Below the pieces are notes generated by a model. It was not told the DNA's origin. It did no database searches and saw nothing but the letters and a program-made list of their open reading frames with translations. The position numbers and the translations under genes are program-made. Positions 12,506-25,119 of a stretch of DNA of 39,719 nucleotides are shown piece by piece; position 1 is the first letter of the stretch, and each line of letters starts with the position of its first letter. Source of the stretch: Selaginella moellendorffii (Eukaryota; Plantae; Lycopodiophyta); the NCBI RefSeq assembly GCF_000143415.4, contig NW_003314300.1, positions 1 to 39,719 of the forward strand. Reading direction: 5' to 3'.

Positions 12506-13418
12506 CTACCGGTCTTTGAGCTCGTGCTCAAAGCTGAGCAGCGTCTCGCGAATTCTCGGCAAAAACGACTCGAGTTCCTTGGCGAGCCGGTTCTTCTCCG
12601 CTGCGGGCAGGCCCTCGTCCTTGGTGAAGTCGACCTCGATCTAAATCAACCAAGGACGAATCCATCAACTTGGTATGCGCAACTTGATCACCAAAGAGCT
12701 AAACTTTTACCTGGAGATCGTCCAGCTCGCCACAAGATGCGTCCAGGAACTTGAGAGTTCCCGTCAGGTCCTTGAATTCGTCGAACAGCAAGCTCCCTGT
12801 AGCAACATCGATCACTCCCTCGAAACAAACAAGAAAAAGAAACAGAGAAAAACAGTACCTTGGAATCCTAGAGTGATGTCGAAGGAATACCCAATGCGCT
12901 TCTTGTTACGCACCGTCACGACTGTGGCCTGCATCCATCGCTCACTTAGAAATCTCGGAGAAAACGAAACCAAAGAGAGAAAAAGAAAGAGAATCTTTCG
13001 TTCTTACATCTCCACTGCAGCCCACAACTTCCGTGACTCGAGCCGATCCATCAGCGTACTCGATCGGTTCCAGCGCAAGGAGCATTTCCTGGGAGCAAAG
13101 GAGCACGAATTATTTTCTCTCCAACGAAAGAACCCAAGCTCATACCTTTAACCTCGCAATTGCCCACGAATTTAAGTTCTTCTCCTCCCATGTCCCCAGC
13201 TGCAAGAAGAAGAATGCGAGATTTCATTCAACGAATTCCATCCGTGGCACGAGATCTACCTGATTCCACGCCGAGCCGACGCGATTTTGCCGCGAGACGA
13301 GCGAATCCCCCTCGGCGGCCGTGAGCTTGCGAGGGACTTCCGCTTGGCAAGTCGCCTCGCGGACCCAGTAGGTGTAGGACGCAGATTTGCCGATGGCGGC
13401 ATCTGCTGGAGCATCCAT
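12506..13418 (-). CDS. Activator of Hsp90 ATPase (AHA1/AHSA1) N-terminal-domain protein, multi-exon
   Basis: SYTYWVREAT...GSAWNQ|AGTWEEKNLNSWAIARLK|...GSARVTEVVGCSGD|ATVVTVRNKKRIGYSFDITL...FEHELKDR* assembled across short GT-AG introns; typical plant Aha1_N motifs. Confidence 0.9.
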
Positions 13419-15959
13419 TGACGCTTAACAAGAAACAACACTGGCCCCTTACCGCGACCTCGATCGATCGAGCCCCCACCGGTAGAGTGGAGGAACCCTA
13501 AAAGCACGCCAATCGTCCAATTTAGGGCTCCTAGAGATTGGTCTTTAGTGGCAGCGGCCGAGCTGTGGCTTTGCGGCGAGCCCTACCGCCCACGGCAAGA
13601 ATCTGTGAAGCTGCCCACAGCGAAATCTCGCGCCTCAAATCAGCCCCCTGGAACGCGGAGAATCGGTTCTAGAGGTTGACCAGGCTCTACATTTTCCTAT
13701 TCTTTCCTTTGTTCCAGCTTCTGGACGGAAGAAACAAATCTAGCATTGCTTCTATGCTATAGCTAGGTGAGCGTCCCTCGAAGCTGGGAGAGCAAAATTT
13801 TCACTTGGTACTCCTCTGGAAGCCACTGTCATTCTTCTCTGAGGCTCAAATGGGTGAATACATAGAGTGTTCTTCATTACCCAGGAGGATCTCAAATTCT
13901 TTGCCGCCAGGCAAAGCCGAGAACAAAAAATGGAGTCTCCATTTTTCAAAACTAAGATCCAAGCTATACGATTGCTTGAGTCTATGACAATGTTTGATCC
14001 GTAACTTCCTGCCATAATTAATGAATATTCTTCGAATATTCAATGTCCTAGTTATACCCATTAAAGTTATTGAAGATTAAGTTTAATCCTAAATCAATAA
14101 TTTTTAAAAATAAGTTATATCTCATTTATCTATATGGTTTTAATTTCAAATGGCTAGTTTTAATATTATCTAAATTTTTATAGGAATTAAATAATTTTTA
14201 AAATAAATTTAAATAAAAAGGAACAATAAGGTAATATATATATTATTTAACACTTAAGTTGAATTTACAACTATTGGAAATATTCTTCTCAATTAAAATA
14301 TATATTGTATCTAAATCTTATGGAAATTTGAAATTAGTTAGTATATAAATTTTGTATTAAATAAAAAATTATAACTACAAAAATAATATAAAATTTATAA
14401 TTTATGAAAAATATCTATATTCTTAAAAAAAATTTAAAAGTTGTAAATTGCTTTGAAGTACTTCAAACAATGTTAAAACATTTATAAAAACTTAAAGTTT
14501 TCCATAAGTTACACTCTAACAGTTAAGGCTTTTGCCCTAAGTAACACATAAGTAGTCGATATCTATGGTTTAAAGGATATATTAGCAATTAATGAAGAAA
14601 TTTATATTTTTTGTAAAATATAGTTATTATATTTTTAATTAATTATAAGAGATTTCTTGCATAATAGCATGGTATATTGAATTTTCATGCTCAATGATAT
14701 TTTAATACCATTAAAGGAAACTATTAAATAAATTTAAATAACTTTTGTATTTATAAGTTACAAAAATATTTTAATTTAAATAAATTTCTCATGTCTCAAA
14801 GGCTTTAGATATAGAATATAGATTTTAGGGCTAGGGTTGCGCTTCATGGCATAAATATACTATTTAGCTTAATTTATTTTCAGTTATTTTAAAGGTATTC
14901 ATGAAGGTAGCTCTAACTATAAAACTAAATTTTATTCAACAAATTTAAATTAACTATTATAAAGTTAAACTTATCTATGTAATTATTTCACAATACAAAA
15001 TTTACACCACTGTGAATGTTAGTAACAATTCTTACATCGAGAGATGAAACTCTAGTTACCCCTTTTTTTATTCTTAAAATATTAAATTAAAATTTATATT
15101 CTTTTCTTTTAAAGTTATTATACAAGAGTAGTGAGCAAATTTGATTGATAAAATATACTTATGAATAAAAATGAATGTATATTTGTAAGTGCTTGGAACA
15201 CTTGTCCCTCACATATTATATTTATATATTTGAATTTAAAATAAAAAATAAAAAAATTTAGTTTTAATTTTCTTCTGAAATTTTCATCCTTGTACTTAAC
15301 TTAATAAAATTTTAATACTTCTAATAACATTGAAATCTATTTGAACAGACTCAATATAAATGGCTTTAGATGTTACATTGTTAACCACACTCCTTCCAAG
15401 ATATCCATTAATAATATGCTGATCACATGGAGTTTTCTGAAAGACAGTCCAATTATAGGAACTTCCTGTGTAACCAAAGTTATAATCCTATATCAAACAC
15501 TTCACTGAGACAATCACTTGTAATGAAAACCTTTCTTATGGATCATTTGGAGTAATAATTGTGGGTATGGCTACATCAATCACTTTAAGTCAATGTAAAG
15601 ATTATTACTTACCTTTGATATATAACTCCAACTTCTAGTCCACAACTTTAATACTAGCATCTTCAGGCATAATTTTGCCATTAAGATGTTAGCGTTGTTG
15701 ATCTAGATAACATTCAAGCTATAAAACAGCATTATAGTTTTAGATCCATGATTCAAACTATTGAACAACCATTAACCTTAAATATTGCAAACTCAAGATA
15801 CTTATGTGGCAAAGGAAAGCCAAAGTGAGTCTTAAATGGCGTAGTGATGCCACTTTTTGAAAAATAACAAATTTCCTTTCCACACTTTTGGAGCATGATA
15901 CGTTTTTCAACATTCAATGAGCACATTGGTGGTAGTGGCCGTAAGAGCCATCTTCACAG

Positions 15960-17905
15960 CAATGTGGAAACACAGAGACAGAGAGGGAGAGCCTCTTCAG
16001 AAAGAACAACTACTTTGTCGTACAGAAGTTTTTTCTTGAGCACCTCCACTCGGGTATAGGCTTTGGGATCGATACCCGCATTTACTGCCAGAGCATTGGC
16101 CTCTTAGCGTCTCAACTTCTTGAACCGGCTGCTCGTCAACTGGATGATGCTCCCTTCAGCTGGTGGAACCACGGGGTCAGGCATCCCAGATACAGTGCTA
16201 TAGCACCACTCTCGAGCAGCAGCCATCTTTTGCATTACCGTGCGTACGTCAACATGCACCCTGCCTTCTAGTGCAGCTTCGAAAGAAAGCACATACCGTG
16301 TATGCTCCAAAACACCAACATGGCTTCCATCTCGCAGTGACCTGAGAGATCCTTCTGAACTTCAGGCGCCCTCGCGGTTGTACAAACAAAAACATAATCC
16401 AGCTGCACAAGCGTATTCCGTGTTGCTTCCAGGACACCACCCCCATACCACTTCTCCAGCTCCCGAATGCTCATGAACTCTGATTCTGAGTGGAGATGCC
16501 TTTCGACGTTGGTTGTGTAATGGAGACCAATTATATGCAGCTGGCCACAAGTGTCCATGAAGAAAATGACTGCATCTACGCTCTGATAATTGTCATATCG
16601 TTAACTCTGTTGCGTTCTTAAGCTTGCCAATCTTCACAGCTGGAATAGTAGAGAACGGAATGGAACGAAGCTGAGTGATGAAGTATCAGGCAGGATCAAT
16701 CACCAGTCCCTTTCGAGAAATGACGTCGTTACAGAATCGTTCACACAACCACCCAGCTTCACTCCAATCCAGAAGTGGACTGTGGACTACTGCGCTCGCA
16801 TAAGCCACCCAAGGGTCATGATCATCACCAGCATGCTTGTTTCGAAACTCCTCCACGTAAATTTGCTGAATGAAGGGCGTACAGAACATTCACTTTTCGA
16901 CATACGCATACCTAGGATCCACATTTATAATCTGCGCATCGGTGCTGAAATCTCCTTTAGCTTTCATTGACGTCCTTATAGAACGGAAGAGGCTGCTATC
17001 AACGAAAGAGGAGATGACTGAATCCCAGTCTTCAGAGCTGTCTAACAGGTCACTGACTTCCTCGGGCTTCAAGTCGAACATCGGAGCCTCGGACCAAAAT
17101 CCATCCGCCTCTACTTTCACCCGTTCCCGTCCAACCCGTTTCTTAGAGGCAATTTCGATGCAGGTCTTATCCAAGATATCCAGAGAGTGTGGGTGCTTGG
17201 CTGCGTAATACTCCACATCGCGTTGCCTATCTTGGTCATCACCAACCACAGCACCTAGAACTGAGGCATGCTGCATAAACGTCTGCAGCTGTTCCTGCAA
17301 GACAGTCCACATAAGCATAAACATGAAAGTAAGAACGATCGCATACCTTGGTGAATCCTTCTGAATGAAAGGTTGTCGCTTTTTCATCGAAGGTTCTTTC
17401 CACTTCCGTGAAGTGCCAGGCATCGGGTGAGAGTCCAAAAATCACTTTGTAGCTCTCAACAATGTCCTTCAACGACTCCTCCGCTTTAAAACGCTTCTTG
17501 CGATCTGGTTTCTTTAATACATCCAAAGCCGGGGCACCATCGACAATAAAAGTGAAGTCATCCCCCAAGGACGTTCGCTTCTTCAGAAAAGCCTTCAGCG
17601 AAAGACCTCAGCTGTGACGTCGGGTTGCTCTGCATACGAAAACTTGAGCTCATCAACAAACCAATGAACGAGGCAAGCGCTGGCTAGTTCCATGTTCCAG
17701 ATACACACCACTTTTCTAGTAGAAACGGAGCACATAAGTGAGGTCAATGCCCTGAGCTTGCAAGACTTCCCGTCGCCCTTGGGACTGACCAGCAGGAATT
17801 CCTGACTAGGACGCATATCAAGAATCCACCTCCGAGCTAGATCTTTCAAGTCCGGCAAGCCCCACCACATTAATTCCTCTGCCTGGCCCAAAGTGCCTAG
17901 GTAAT
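15960..17905 (-). pseudogene. Crinkler/RHS-like P-loop NTPase + PD-(D/E)xK restriction-endonuclease-fold gene, disabled
   Basis: Walker A-like LLVSPKGDGKS (SPKGDGKS at 17763-17786), Walker B-like FTFIVD, GWLCERF helix, NYQSVDAVIFF...LHIIGLHYT nuclease-like motif (~16515-16595), Cys-rich tail GQCSGSKCG. One probable intron; several stops and frameshifts. Confidence 0.6.
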
Positions 17906-18169
17906 TAAAATAGCAATAAGAAATATCCACATCTTAAATTTCTAAAATTGGCTAATACTTGTAGCAAATTATTCTCAAAAATCAATTTTTAAATATTAAT
18001 AAATATCCAAAAAATTAATTTTGAAGCACAAAAAATTATTATTATCTGATAAAAAGTCTAAAATGCTATTATTACACATTCAAATGCTTAATATTATATT
18101 ATTTACTTCTTGATATATTTTAAGTATTCGGATGCTAAATGTAAAGCATATATTCCCAGAAAGATATAT

Positions 18170-19070
18170 AAACTAATATATGATTTTGTCAATGAAAAGT
18201 TTGCCATCTTAGTCTCGACGGGGAACTTGGAAAAGCAGCAAGAAGGAAATAAGACGCAGTAGTGGAGACAAATTTTTCAATGAATTTGATCTCTTTCCCA
18301 AGACAAAGTCTGCCAACCACGTATATAAAACACCCAATCGAAAATGAAATGAAACACACACTTCTCTTCTAAAGATCGTCAAGATCCAACTATTTATTTG
18401 GATATTTGTCCTTTTCAGTGGCAGTGAAGCCGATAGCCATGGCGCGTGGTGATGCATGAGTTCAATAATATATATTATATAAACTGTGAAAAAAACTAAA
18501 GATGTTGCCTTTACTCATCTGGATTCACTCGTGTGTTGTTCTATGTCCCAGCATTATAGAAAAGAAAAGGAATTGACAAACTCGGAACGATTTCCTCGAC
18601 TAACTTTCAAAGGACAAAGTGATGCGGCCCCAAGAGACGCCACAGCATTGTATGCTGCCTCCAGCTACAAATACGAGTGGCCTCACAGATCAAATCACTT
18701 CTCTCGAATATACTCGTTGAACTTTTAGTTTTAGCAGCAAATCATGGAGAACCAAGGCTTGCTTGGTGTTGTTTTCGGTGCTTGCCATCTTTGTGCTGAT
18801 GCTGGCCATGAGAGTGGACGTGGGAGCAATCGCACCGCGAGGATGGCGCTAGTATGGCGGCAGCTGCCACTGTCACTATAAAGCTAGCTCCTCTCTGTGA
18901 TCGTAAGTTTCCTCTCGGCAATTTTGAGTGAGGGAACACACTATGACCAACAAATCCAATTGCCCATGTACGCTTATTCGCCATCGACAAATCAAAGCTC
19001 TATCTTGTCAGTCGAGAGAGTTTACTGTATTCCAGGAAAACGCCGGTAAAAGCAAAGGAAATGATCGATG
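18170..19070 (+). repeat. Segmental repeat unit (promoter + peptide pseudogene + spacer); direct copy at ~25830-26722, partial copy at ~22300-22730
   Basis: Long near-identical stretches, e.g. TTGCCATCTTAGTCTCGACG... through ...GGTAAAAGCAAAGGAAATGATCGATG. Confidence 0.9.
18744..18885 (+). pseudogene. Cys/Trp-rich peptide pseudogene
   Basis: ATGGAGAACCAAGG has a 1-bp insertion relative to the intact copies. Corrected frame reads ACLVLFSVLAIFVLMLAMRVDVGAIAPRGWR*YGGSCH (TGG>TAG). Confidence 0.85.
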
Positions 19071-20753
19071 AGAGGAATCACTACCACGCAGACGTACCGA
19101 TTGAAGCCTCTAGAACAGGCCGTAGACGATCTAGAGCGGCGGGCATCGTCGCTCGACGACGACGACTACGCGCAACTCCTCACAGCTTGCATCCAGGAAA
19201 GAGATTTGCCTCAAGGCGCCAGGCTCCACGCGCTCATCCTTGGCAGCAGCCACCACCAATCCAACAGGTACCTCGCAAATCTTCTCATCCAGCTCTATGG
19301 AAGGTGCTAGCGCGCGGATCGAGCATGGCAGGTGTTTATCAGCATCCACGAGCCCAACAGATTCTCCTGGAACTTGATGCTTGGCGCTTATGCCCAGAAT
19401 GGATATCTCGAGGAAGCAAAAGAGCTGTTTGACCAGATGCCACAAAGGGATATTGTTGCATGGGTCACTGTTGTCACGGTTCATGCAAACCATGGAAACG
19501 CGGATGAATGCCAAGCATTGTTTGATCAGGTTCTAGAATAGGATGTCGTTTGCTGGAACTCGCTACTTACAGCATATGCCCATAACGGGCATATGGATCA
19601 ACACAACATAGTTTCTTGGACTCTTATGGTTACTGGGTATGCAAGAAAAGGCCTTGTTAACGACGCACTAAATGTGTTTATGAGAATCCCCGAAACCAAC
19701 GAACTAGGATGGACTGTTCTTGTCATTGCATATGCCCAGCTTGGGCATATTGAAACAGCCAAGGAGCTTCTTAGTCTCGTGGAATGCAATGCTAGCGGCA
19801 ACGGCCAGCCTGCAAGAAGCAAGGTCTCTGTTTGATGCCATGCCACAGAGGAACGTTGCCAGCTCGAAGAAGCTCGCATTCTCTTCGATCGAGCTCCCTA
19901 TCACGACGACGTGGTGTGGACTGCCATGATCTTGGCCTACCCAACCACGGCCACCTCGAAGAAGCCATGAAGATGTTTGCACGGATGTCACAGCGCGATC
20001 TCGTCGCTTGGACGGCAATGGTGGCAGCATTTGCTTTGCACGGGAGCTTGATCGATGCCAGAGCCTTGTTCGACCAAATGCCACAGCACGATAGCGTCGC
20101 GTGGAACACGATGCTGGGAGCTTACATCCAGAGCAATTGCCTCGTCCAAGCGCGGGAGCTCTTCGTGGCCATGCCGGTGAGAGACACAGCGAGCTGGAAC
20201 GCGATCCTTGCCTCGAGCGCTCAAAGGGAATGTCTTGCAGGCCGGGAAGATCTTCTCCACATTGCCTGATCGGAGCATTGTGTCGTGGAACGCGATGATC
20301 TATGGCTGCGCACAGAATGGCCATGAGCGAAAAGCTGCTGAGTTTTTTGGCAGCATGGCGATGGAGGGCGAGGCGAGAAACGAGATAAGTTTCCAGGCGA
20401 TTCTCCTGACTTGCAATCACGGTGGGAAGCTCCGTGTGGTACTCGACTACTTTCGATCTATGGTGGCCGAGTACAGCATTTCTCCAAATGTGATTCATTT
20501 CCAGGCGATGGCAGATGTGCTGGGACGAGCCGGGTTGGTTGCCGAGGCTGAAGGTCTGCTGCTGATGATGCCCTTCCAGCCGCATTTCCTCGCGTGGAAA
20601 AGCTTGATCAGCGCTTGCAAAGTTCATGGTAACGGTACGAACATCGATGTTGCAGCTCGTGCCGCAGAGAAACTCTTGGAGATGAAACCAGGGGACTCGG
20701 CGCTCTACGTGCTCATGTCAAATCTGCAAAAGCAGCTGCGTCAACCTTTATAA
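19068..20753 (+). pseudogene. PLS-class PPR (short-motif array + E domain) pseudogene, copy 1
   Basis: YAQLLTAC, NLLIQLYGRC*, SWNLMLGAYAQNG, repeated FDQMPQRD..W motifs, DVLGRAG..MPFQP..W.SLISACKVHG..YVLMSNL; split by stops and frameshifts. Confidence 0.9.
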
Positions 20754-21513
20754 TAACTTCAAAGATTTTGTCTCAAAAGTGATAATGATTATGCAAACTT
20801 TTGGAAGGATAAATTTAAATAGTATACCAAGATGCATTTTTTTATTGGTATATTTAAAAGGAAACCTCTTGAACACAGATGTTTCCTCAACTGAACTCCC
20901 CAGGATACAATGCTAGAGTGGCATCACTTTATCCTTTGAAAGTTAGTCAAGGAAATCGTAGCAACACACTAAATCAAAGTACAGACAACATTTTTTGTTT
21001 TTTCACGGTTTATAATATACATTATTGCTGAATTCATGCATCACCATACGCCACGGCTATTGACTTCACTGCCACCAAAAAGAACAGAAATCCGTGTTTT
21101 ATATACATGGTGTATGTACTTGCTAGACTTTGTCTTAGGAAAGAGATCAGATTGTTGAAAATTTTGTCTCCACTTGTCATATTTCCATCTTGTTGCTTTT
21201 CCAAGTTCACTTTCATTGACAAGAATATATATTAGTTTATTTAATATTATATGATATAAAGCTGAACGCTTGACACCCTTGGATAGATTGACTCGAGATT
21301 TCTTAGTTGGCTTTCTTTTCTTTCTTTTTTTTTCATGTTCTAAATTTTCTTGTCATTCTGGTTATTGCGAACGTTCAACAACTTTCCAGAAAACACATTG
21401 ATAGAATTTCAAACACGTATATAGAGATCACAAAAGACTCATAGGACTCTAAAACATTTTCGTATTCTATGTATCTCATCCACGCTGTCAACCCAGCAAG
21501 CTTTGGCGATTCT

Positions 21514-21645
21514 TCAGCGGAGGCAGCGGCTGCTCTTCCCCTCGCTGGCATCGATGGCATCTGTTGTCATACCCGTACCAATTGCATTGCATGCAGCGAA
21601 ATCCATTCCAGTACCATCCTCCTCGACCTCCACTCCCACTGCTAG
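21514..21645 (-). pseudogene. Decayed three-repeat paralog of the Cys/Trp peptide
   Basis: One frame reads RGGWYWNGFRCMQCNWYGYDNRCHRCQRG. Upstream GTGGGAGTGGAGGTCGAGGAGG resembles the MGVDVGG-coding segment but is out of frame. Confidence 0.7.
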
Positions 21646-21968
21646 GTGTGCCTGGGCCTGGTTGTGATGCTCCAATCGGAGTCTTGTTGCTTGCCGATCA
21701 TTGGAGCAATCGATCAATCTAGCGATGGATTGATTGAAAGTTGAGGGATTTGGAGAAGAGAGGAGAAGGAGCAAGAGAGATTCAGACATTTTATATCAAG
21801 GCCTGGACAATTTATATATTATTGCTAGAACTCATCCAGCATCGCACGATACAGAAAGCACGTTATCAGTGTCTTTATTCTTGTTTCCAGACCCTTGGCA
21901 CTGCAGAATGATGAAATCAATTCCGATGTTGATTCTTAACTTGGGCTTACCCCGTGAAACGAGAGGTT

Positions 21969-22166
21969 TCAGTTGCGCCAGCAGCGATTGTTGCGCCAGC
22001 TCCAACCCCTCTGGCAACGGTGGCAACTATTGTCGTACCAATACCACCCCGACTGGCAGCGCTGGGCAGCAGCCTTTGCGATTCCTCCCACGTCCACGCC
22101 CATGGCCAGCATCATCACAAACATGGCGAGCGCCAAAAACAACACGAATAAAGCCTTGTTCTCCAT
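21969..22166 (-). CDS. Small secreted Cys/Trp/Arg-rich repeat peptide precursor, intact copy A (65 aa)
   Basis: MENKALFVLFLALAMFVMMLAMGVDVGGIAKAAA-QRCQSGWYWYDNSCHRCQRGWSWRNNRCWRN: hydrophobic signal peptide, TATA box upstream, near-identical second copy. Confidence 0.85.
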   Translation of the reverse strand: MENKALFVLFLALAMFVMMLAMGVDVGGIAKAAAQRCQSGWYWYDNSCHRCQRGWSWRNNRCWRN

Positions 22167-22229
22167 GATTTGCTGACAAACTAAGAGAAGAGAGAAGTAG
22201 TTTCATCTGTGCGGCAGAAGGGGCTCATA

Positions 22230-22235
22230 TTTATA
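22230..22235 (-). promoter_or_regulatory. TATA box of peptide gene A
   Basis: CTATAAATAT on the minus strand ~65 nt upstream of the ATG; conserved in the paralogous copies. Confidence 0.55.
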
Positions 22236-22258
22236 GTTCGAGGCAGCTACAGAGGTCA

Positions 22259-22329
22259 AGTTCCGTGTTTGGGAATTTCTTCTTTTTTCTATAATGTCGA
22301 AAAAAGAAGAAATTCCCAAACACGGAACT
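22259..22329. repeat. Perfect 31-bp inverted repeat with 9-nt loop
   Basis: AGTTCCGTGTTTGGGAATTTCTTCTTTTTTC-TATAATGTC-GAAAAAAGAAGAAATTCCCAAACACGGAACT. Confidence 0.97.
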
Positions 22330-22409
22330 CAAAGAGATAAGGACTAACTGATGCCATCCCTTCCTGCCTCATAGATTAAACCACCTCTCTCGAATATAAC
22401 AAGCTTACT

Positions 22410-22495
22410 AGCAGCAAAAAGGTGGTTGTTTTCGGTGCTCGTCACGTTTGGACGTGGAGGAATCGCACCTCGAGGATGGCGCTGGTATGGATCGT
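22410..22495 (+). pseudogene. Deleted remnant of the Cys/Trp peptide gene
   Basis: GTTGTTTTCGGTGCTCG..TGGACGTGGAGGAATCGCACCTCGAGGATGGCGCTGGTATGG matches the 18744/26371 copies; the ATG is lost. Confidence 0.7.
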
Positions 22496-22839
22496 AGGTT
22501 TCGATTATTTAGCAATTTTGAACGTATAATTCAAACCATGATAAATATGACGAACAAGTTGAGGGAACTGTGACCACCGTTTCCTTTTTACAGCAGAAAT
22601 CCAATTGCCCCATATGAAATCCCGCCTTTGGAAACGCTTATTCGCCATTGACAAATCAAAGCTCTATTTTGTCAGTCGAGAGAGTTTACTGTATTCCAGG
22701 AAAACGCCGGTAAAAAGCAAAGGAAATAATCAGAGATGACGTGGCATGTAATTATGTCCACGTGGCAGTTGTTCCATCCATATACAGTTGAAATACATAG
22801 AAAGTTCTTCCTCCTCGTGCGTGTCTCTTCGCTGCTAAC

Positions 22840-24495
22840 AATTGAAGCCTCTAGAACAGGCCGTGGACGATCTAGATCGGCGTGCATTGTCGCTCGACGA
22901 CGACTACGCGCCTTGACGCAAGAGATTTGCGTCAAGGCGCCAGGCTCCACGCGCTCATCCTTCACCACCAATCCAACAGGTACCTCGCAAATCTTCTCAT
23001 CCAGCTCTAAGGAAGGTGCGAGCGCGCGGATCGAGCATGGCAGGTGTTTATCAGCCATCCATGAGCCCAACAGATTCTCCTGGAACTTGATGCTTGGCGC
23101 TTATGCCCAAAATGCGGATCTTGAGGAAGCAAAAGAGCTGTTTTAAGAGATATTGTTGCATGGGTCTCTATTCTCACGGCTCATGCAAACCGTGGAAACT
23201 TGGAGGAGCGCCAAGCATTGTTTGATCAGGTTTCAGAATGGGATGTAGTTTGCTAGAACTCGATACTTACAGCATATGCACATAACGGGCATATGGATCA
23301 AGCAAGCCAGATCTTTGATGGAATGCTAGAACACAACATAGTTTCTTGGACTGTTATGGTTAATGGGTATTCCAGAAAAGATCTGTTAACGATGCGCTAA
23401 ATTTGTTCATGAGAATCCCCGAAACCAACGAGCTGGGATGGACTATTCTTGTTACTGCATATGCCCAGCTTGGGCATATTGAAACAGCCAAGGAGCTTTT
23501 CAGTAAAATGCCACACCGCTGACTTAATATCGTGGGACGCAATGCTAGCGGCAACGTCCAGCCTGCAAGAAGCAGGTCTCTGTTTGATGCCATGCCACAG
23601 AGGAACGTTGCATCGTGGTCGACAATGGTCACAGCACTGGCCGAGAGAAACCAGCTCGAAGAAGCTTGCATTCTCTTCGATCGAGCTCCCCATCACGACG
23701 ACATGGTGTAGACTGCCATGATCTTGGCCTACTCCAACCACGGCCACCTCGAAGAAGCTATGAAGATGTTTGCACGGATGCCACAGCGCGATCTCGTCGC
23801 TTGGACGGCAACGGTGGTGGCAATTGCTTTGCACGGGAGTTTGATCGATGCCAGAGCCTTGTTCGACCAAATGCCACAGCACGCTAGCGTCGCGTGGAAC
23901 ACGATGCTGGGAGCTTTACATCCAGAGCAATTGCCTCGTCCAAGCGCGGGAGCTCTTCGTGGCCATGCTGGTGAGAGACACAGCGAGCTGGAACACGATC
24001 CTTGCCGCGAGCGCTGAAGGGGGGAATGTCTTGCAGGCCGGGAAGATCTTCTCCACATTGCCTGAACGGAGCATTGTGTTGTGGACGCGATGTTTTTTGG
24101 CAGCATGGCGATGGAGGGCAAGACGAGAAACGAGATAAGTTTCCAGGGGATTTTCCTGACTTGCAATCACGGTGGGAAGCTCCGTGTGGCACTCGACTAC
24201 TTTCGATCTATGGTGGCCGAGTACAGCATTTCTCCAAATGTGATTCACTTCCAGGCGATGGCAGATGTGCTGGGACGAGCCGGGCTGGTTGCCAAGACCG
24301 AAGGTCTGCTGCTGGTGATGCCCTTCCAGCCGCATTTCCTCGCGTGGAAGAGCTTGATCAGCGCTTCCAAAGTTCATGGTAGTGGCAAGAACATCGATGT
24401 TGCAGCTCGTGCCGCAGAGAAACTCTTGGAGATGAAACCAGGGGACTCTGGAGCTCTACGTGCTTATGTCGAATCTGCAAAAGCAGCTGCGTCAC
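22840..24495 (+). pseudogene. PLS-class PPR pseudogene, copy 2 (direct duplicate of 19100-20745)
   Basis: Colinear high nucleotide similarity to copy 1, with both shared and private indels/stops. Confidence 0.9.
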
Positions 24496-25032
24496 ATGAG
24501 TCCATTTGGCCGCTTAACATTAAAGAGTCAACAAGTATAACTTTAACAACATTTAATTAATAGAATAACAGAAAATAATTATAAGTAAATTAAATAAGAA
24601 AAACAATTTTAATGAATAAATCTTGATAATTATTGATATCACTTTCATTAATCGTTGCAGATTGCTCTAGAATGCCCAAGAGATTGTCAGACAATGTATT
24701 TACCACTTTGATTAAAGTTGCGGGAGACTTGACGTACTGAGTCTGTGGTCGAGATGGAAGACAGGGTATTAGGTTCGTGTTTAGTATATTAGCATCGAAG
24801 TTCTATGGAACTTTGAATCAAACACTTGTAAAGTTTTGGCAAAGCTAGTAGAGGAATGCTAGAGTGACTTTGGAGATAAGAATTTGAAGGGTTGGAGAAG
24901 CATAGGAAAAGGCAAACACGGAACCACTTTTACTGGACTAGCTCTCAAATATTCTTTCAGAGATAAGAAATAAGCGAAGCCGTCCCAAGACAACTCTCCA
25001 GCGTCCATCTAACATTTTGTGCTGCCTCGAGC

Positions 25033-25038
25033 TATAAA
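25033..25038 (+). promoter_or_regulatory. TATA box of peptide gene B
   Basis: CTATAAAGA ~85 nt upstream of ATG 25120, homologous to the site at 22230. Confidence 0.5.
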
Positions 25039-25119
25039 GACGAGCCCCTCCTGCCTCACAGATCAAACCATTTCTCTCTAATATACAAGCCTACTTGATC
25101 TTAGTCTGAGCAGCAAATC

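Larger units (their letters stand above)
21033..22248 (-). repeat. Left arm of a ~1.1-kb inverted duplication (right arm ~25020-26123)
   Basis: 21500-22248 is the reverse complement of ~25020-25745, and 21033-21250 of ~25820-26123. The left arm has ~250 bp of unshared sequence. Confidence 0.9.

Noticed and set aside
12675-13151. 158-aa plus-strand ORF
   Set aside because: Antisense to the AHA1-like exons and introns; the K/R runs are reversed polypyrimidine tracts.
14020-15900. AT-rich tract as a MITE/Helitron or gene
   Set aside because: No clear termini, target-site duplication or recognisable protein motif.
21969-22064. C-type lectin gene (CxxGW..Y..SC resemblance)
   Set aside because: Only the short N-terminal hairpin pattern matches; the ORF ends after two repeats.
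19131-24377. Long minus-strand ORFs (e.g. 19704-20627, 307 aa)
   Set aside because: Antisense shadows of GC-rich PPR sequence.
19068-24495. PPR stops repaired by RNA editing or splicing
   Set aside because: Nuclear locus with many frameshifting indels not bounded by splice sites.
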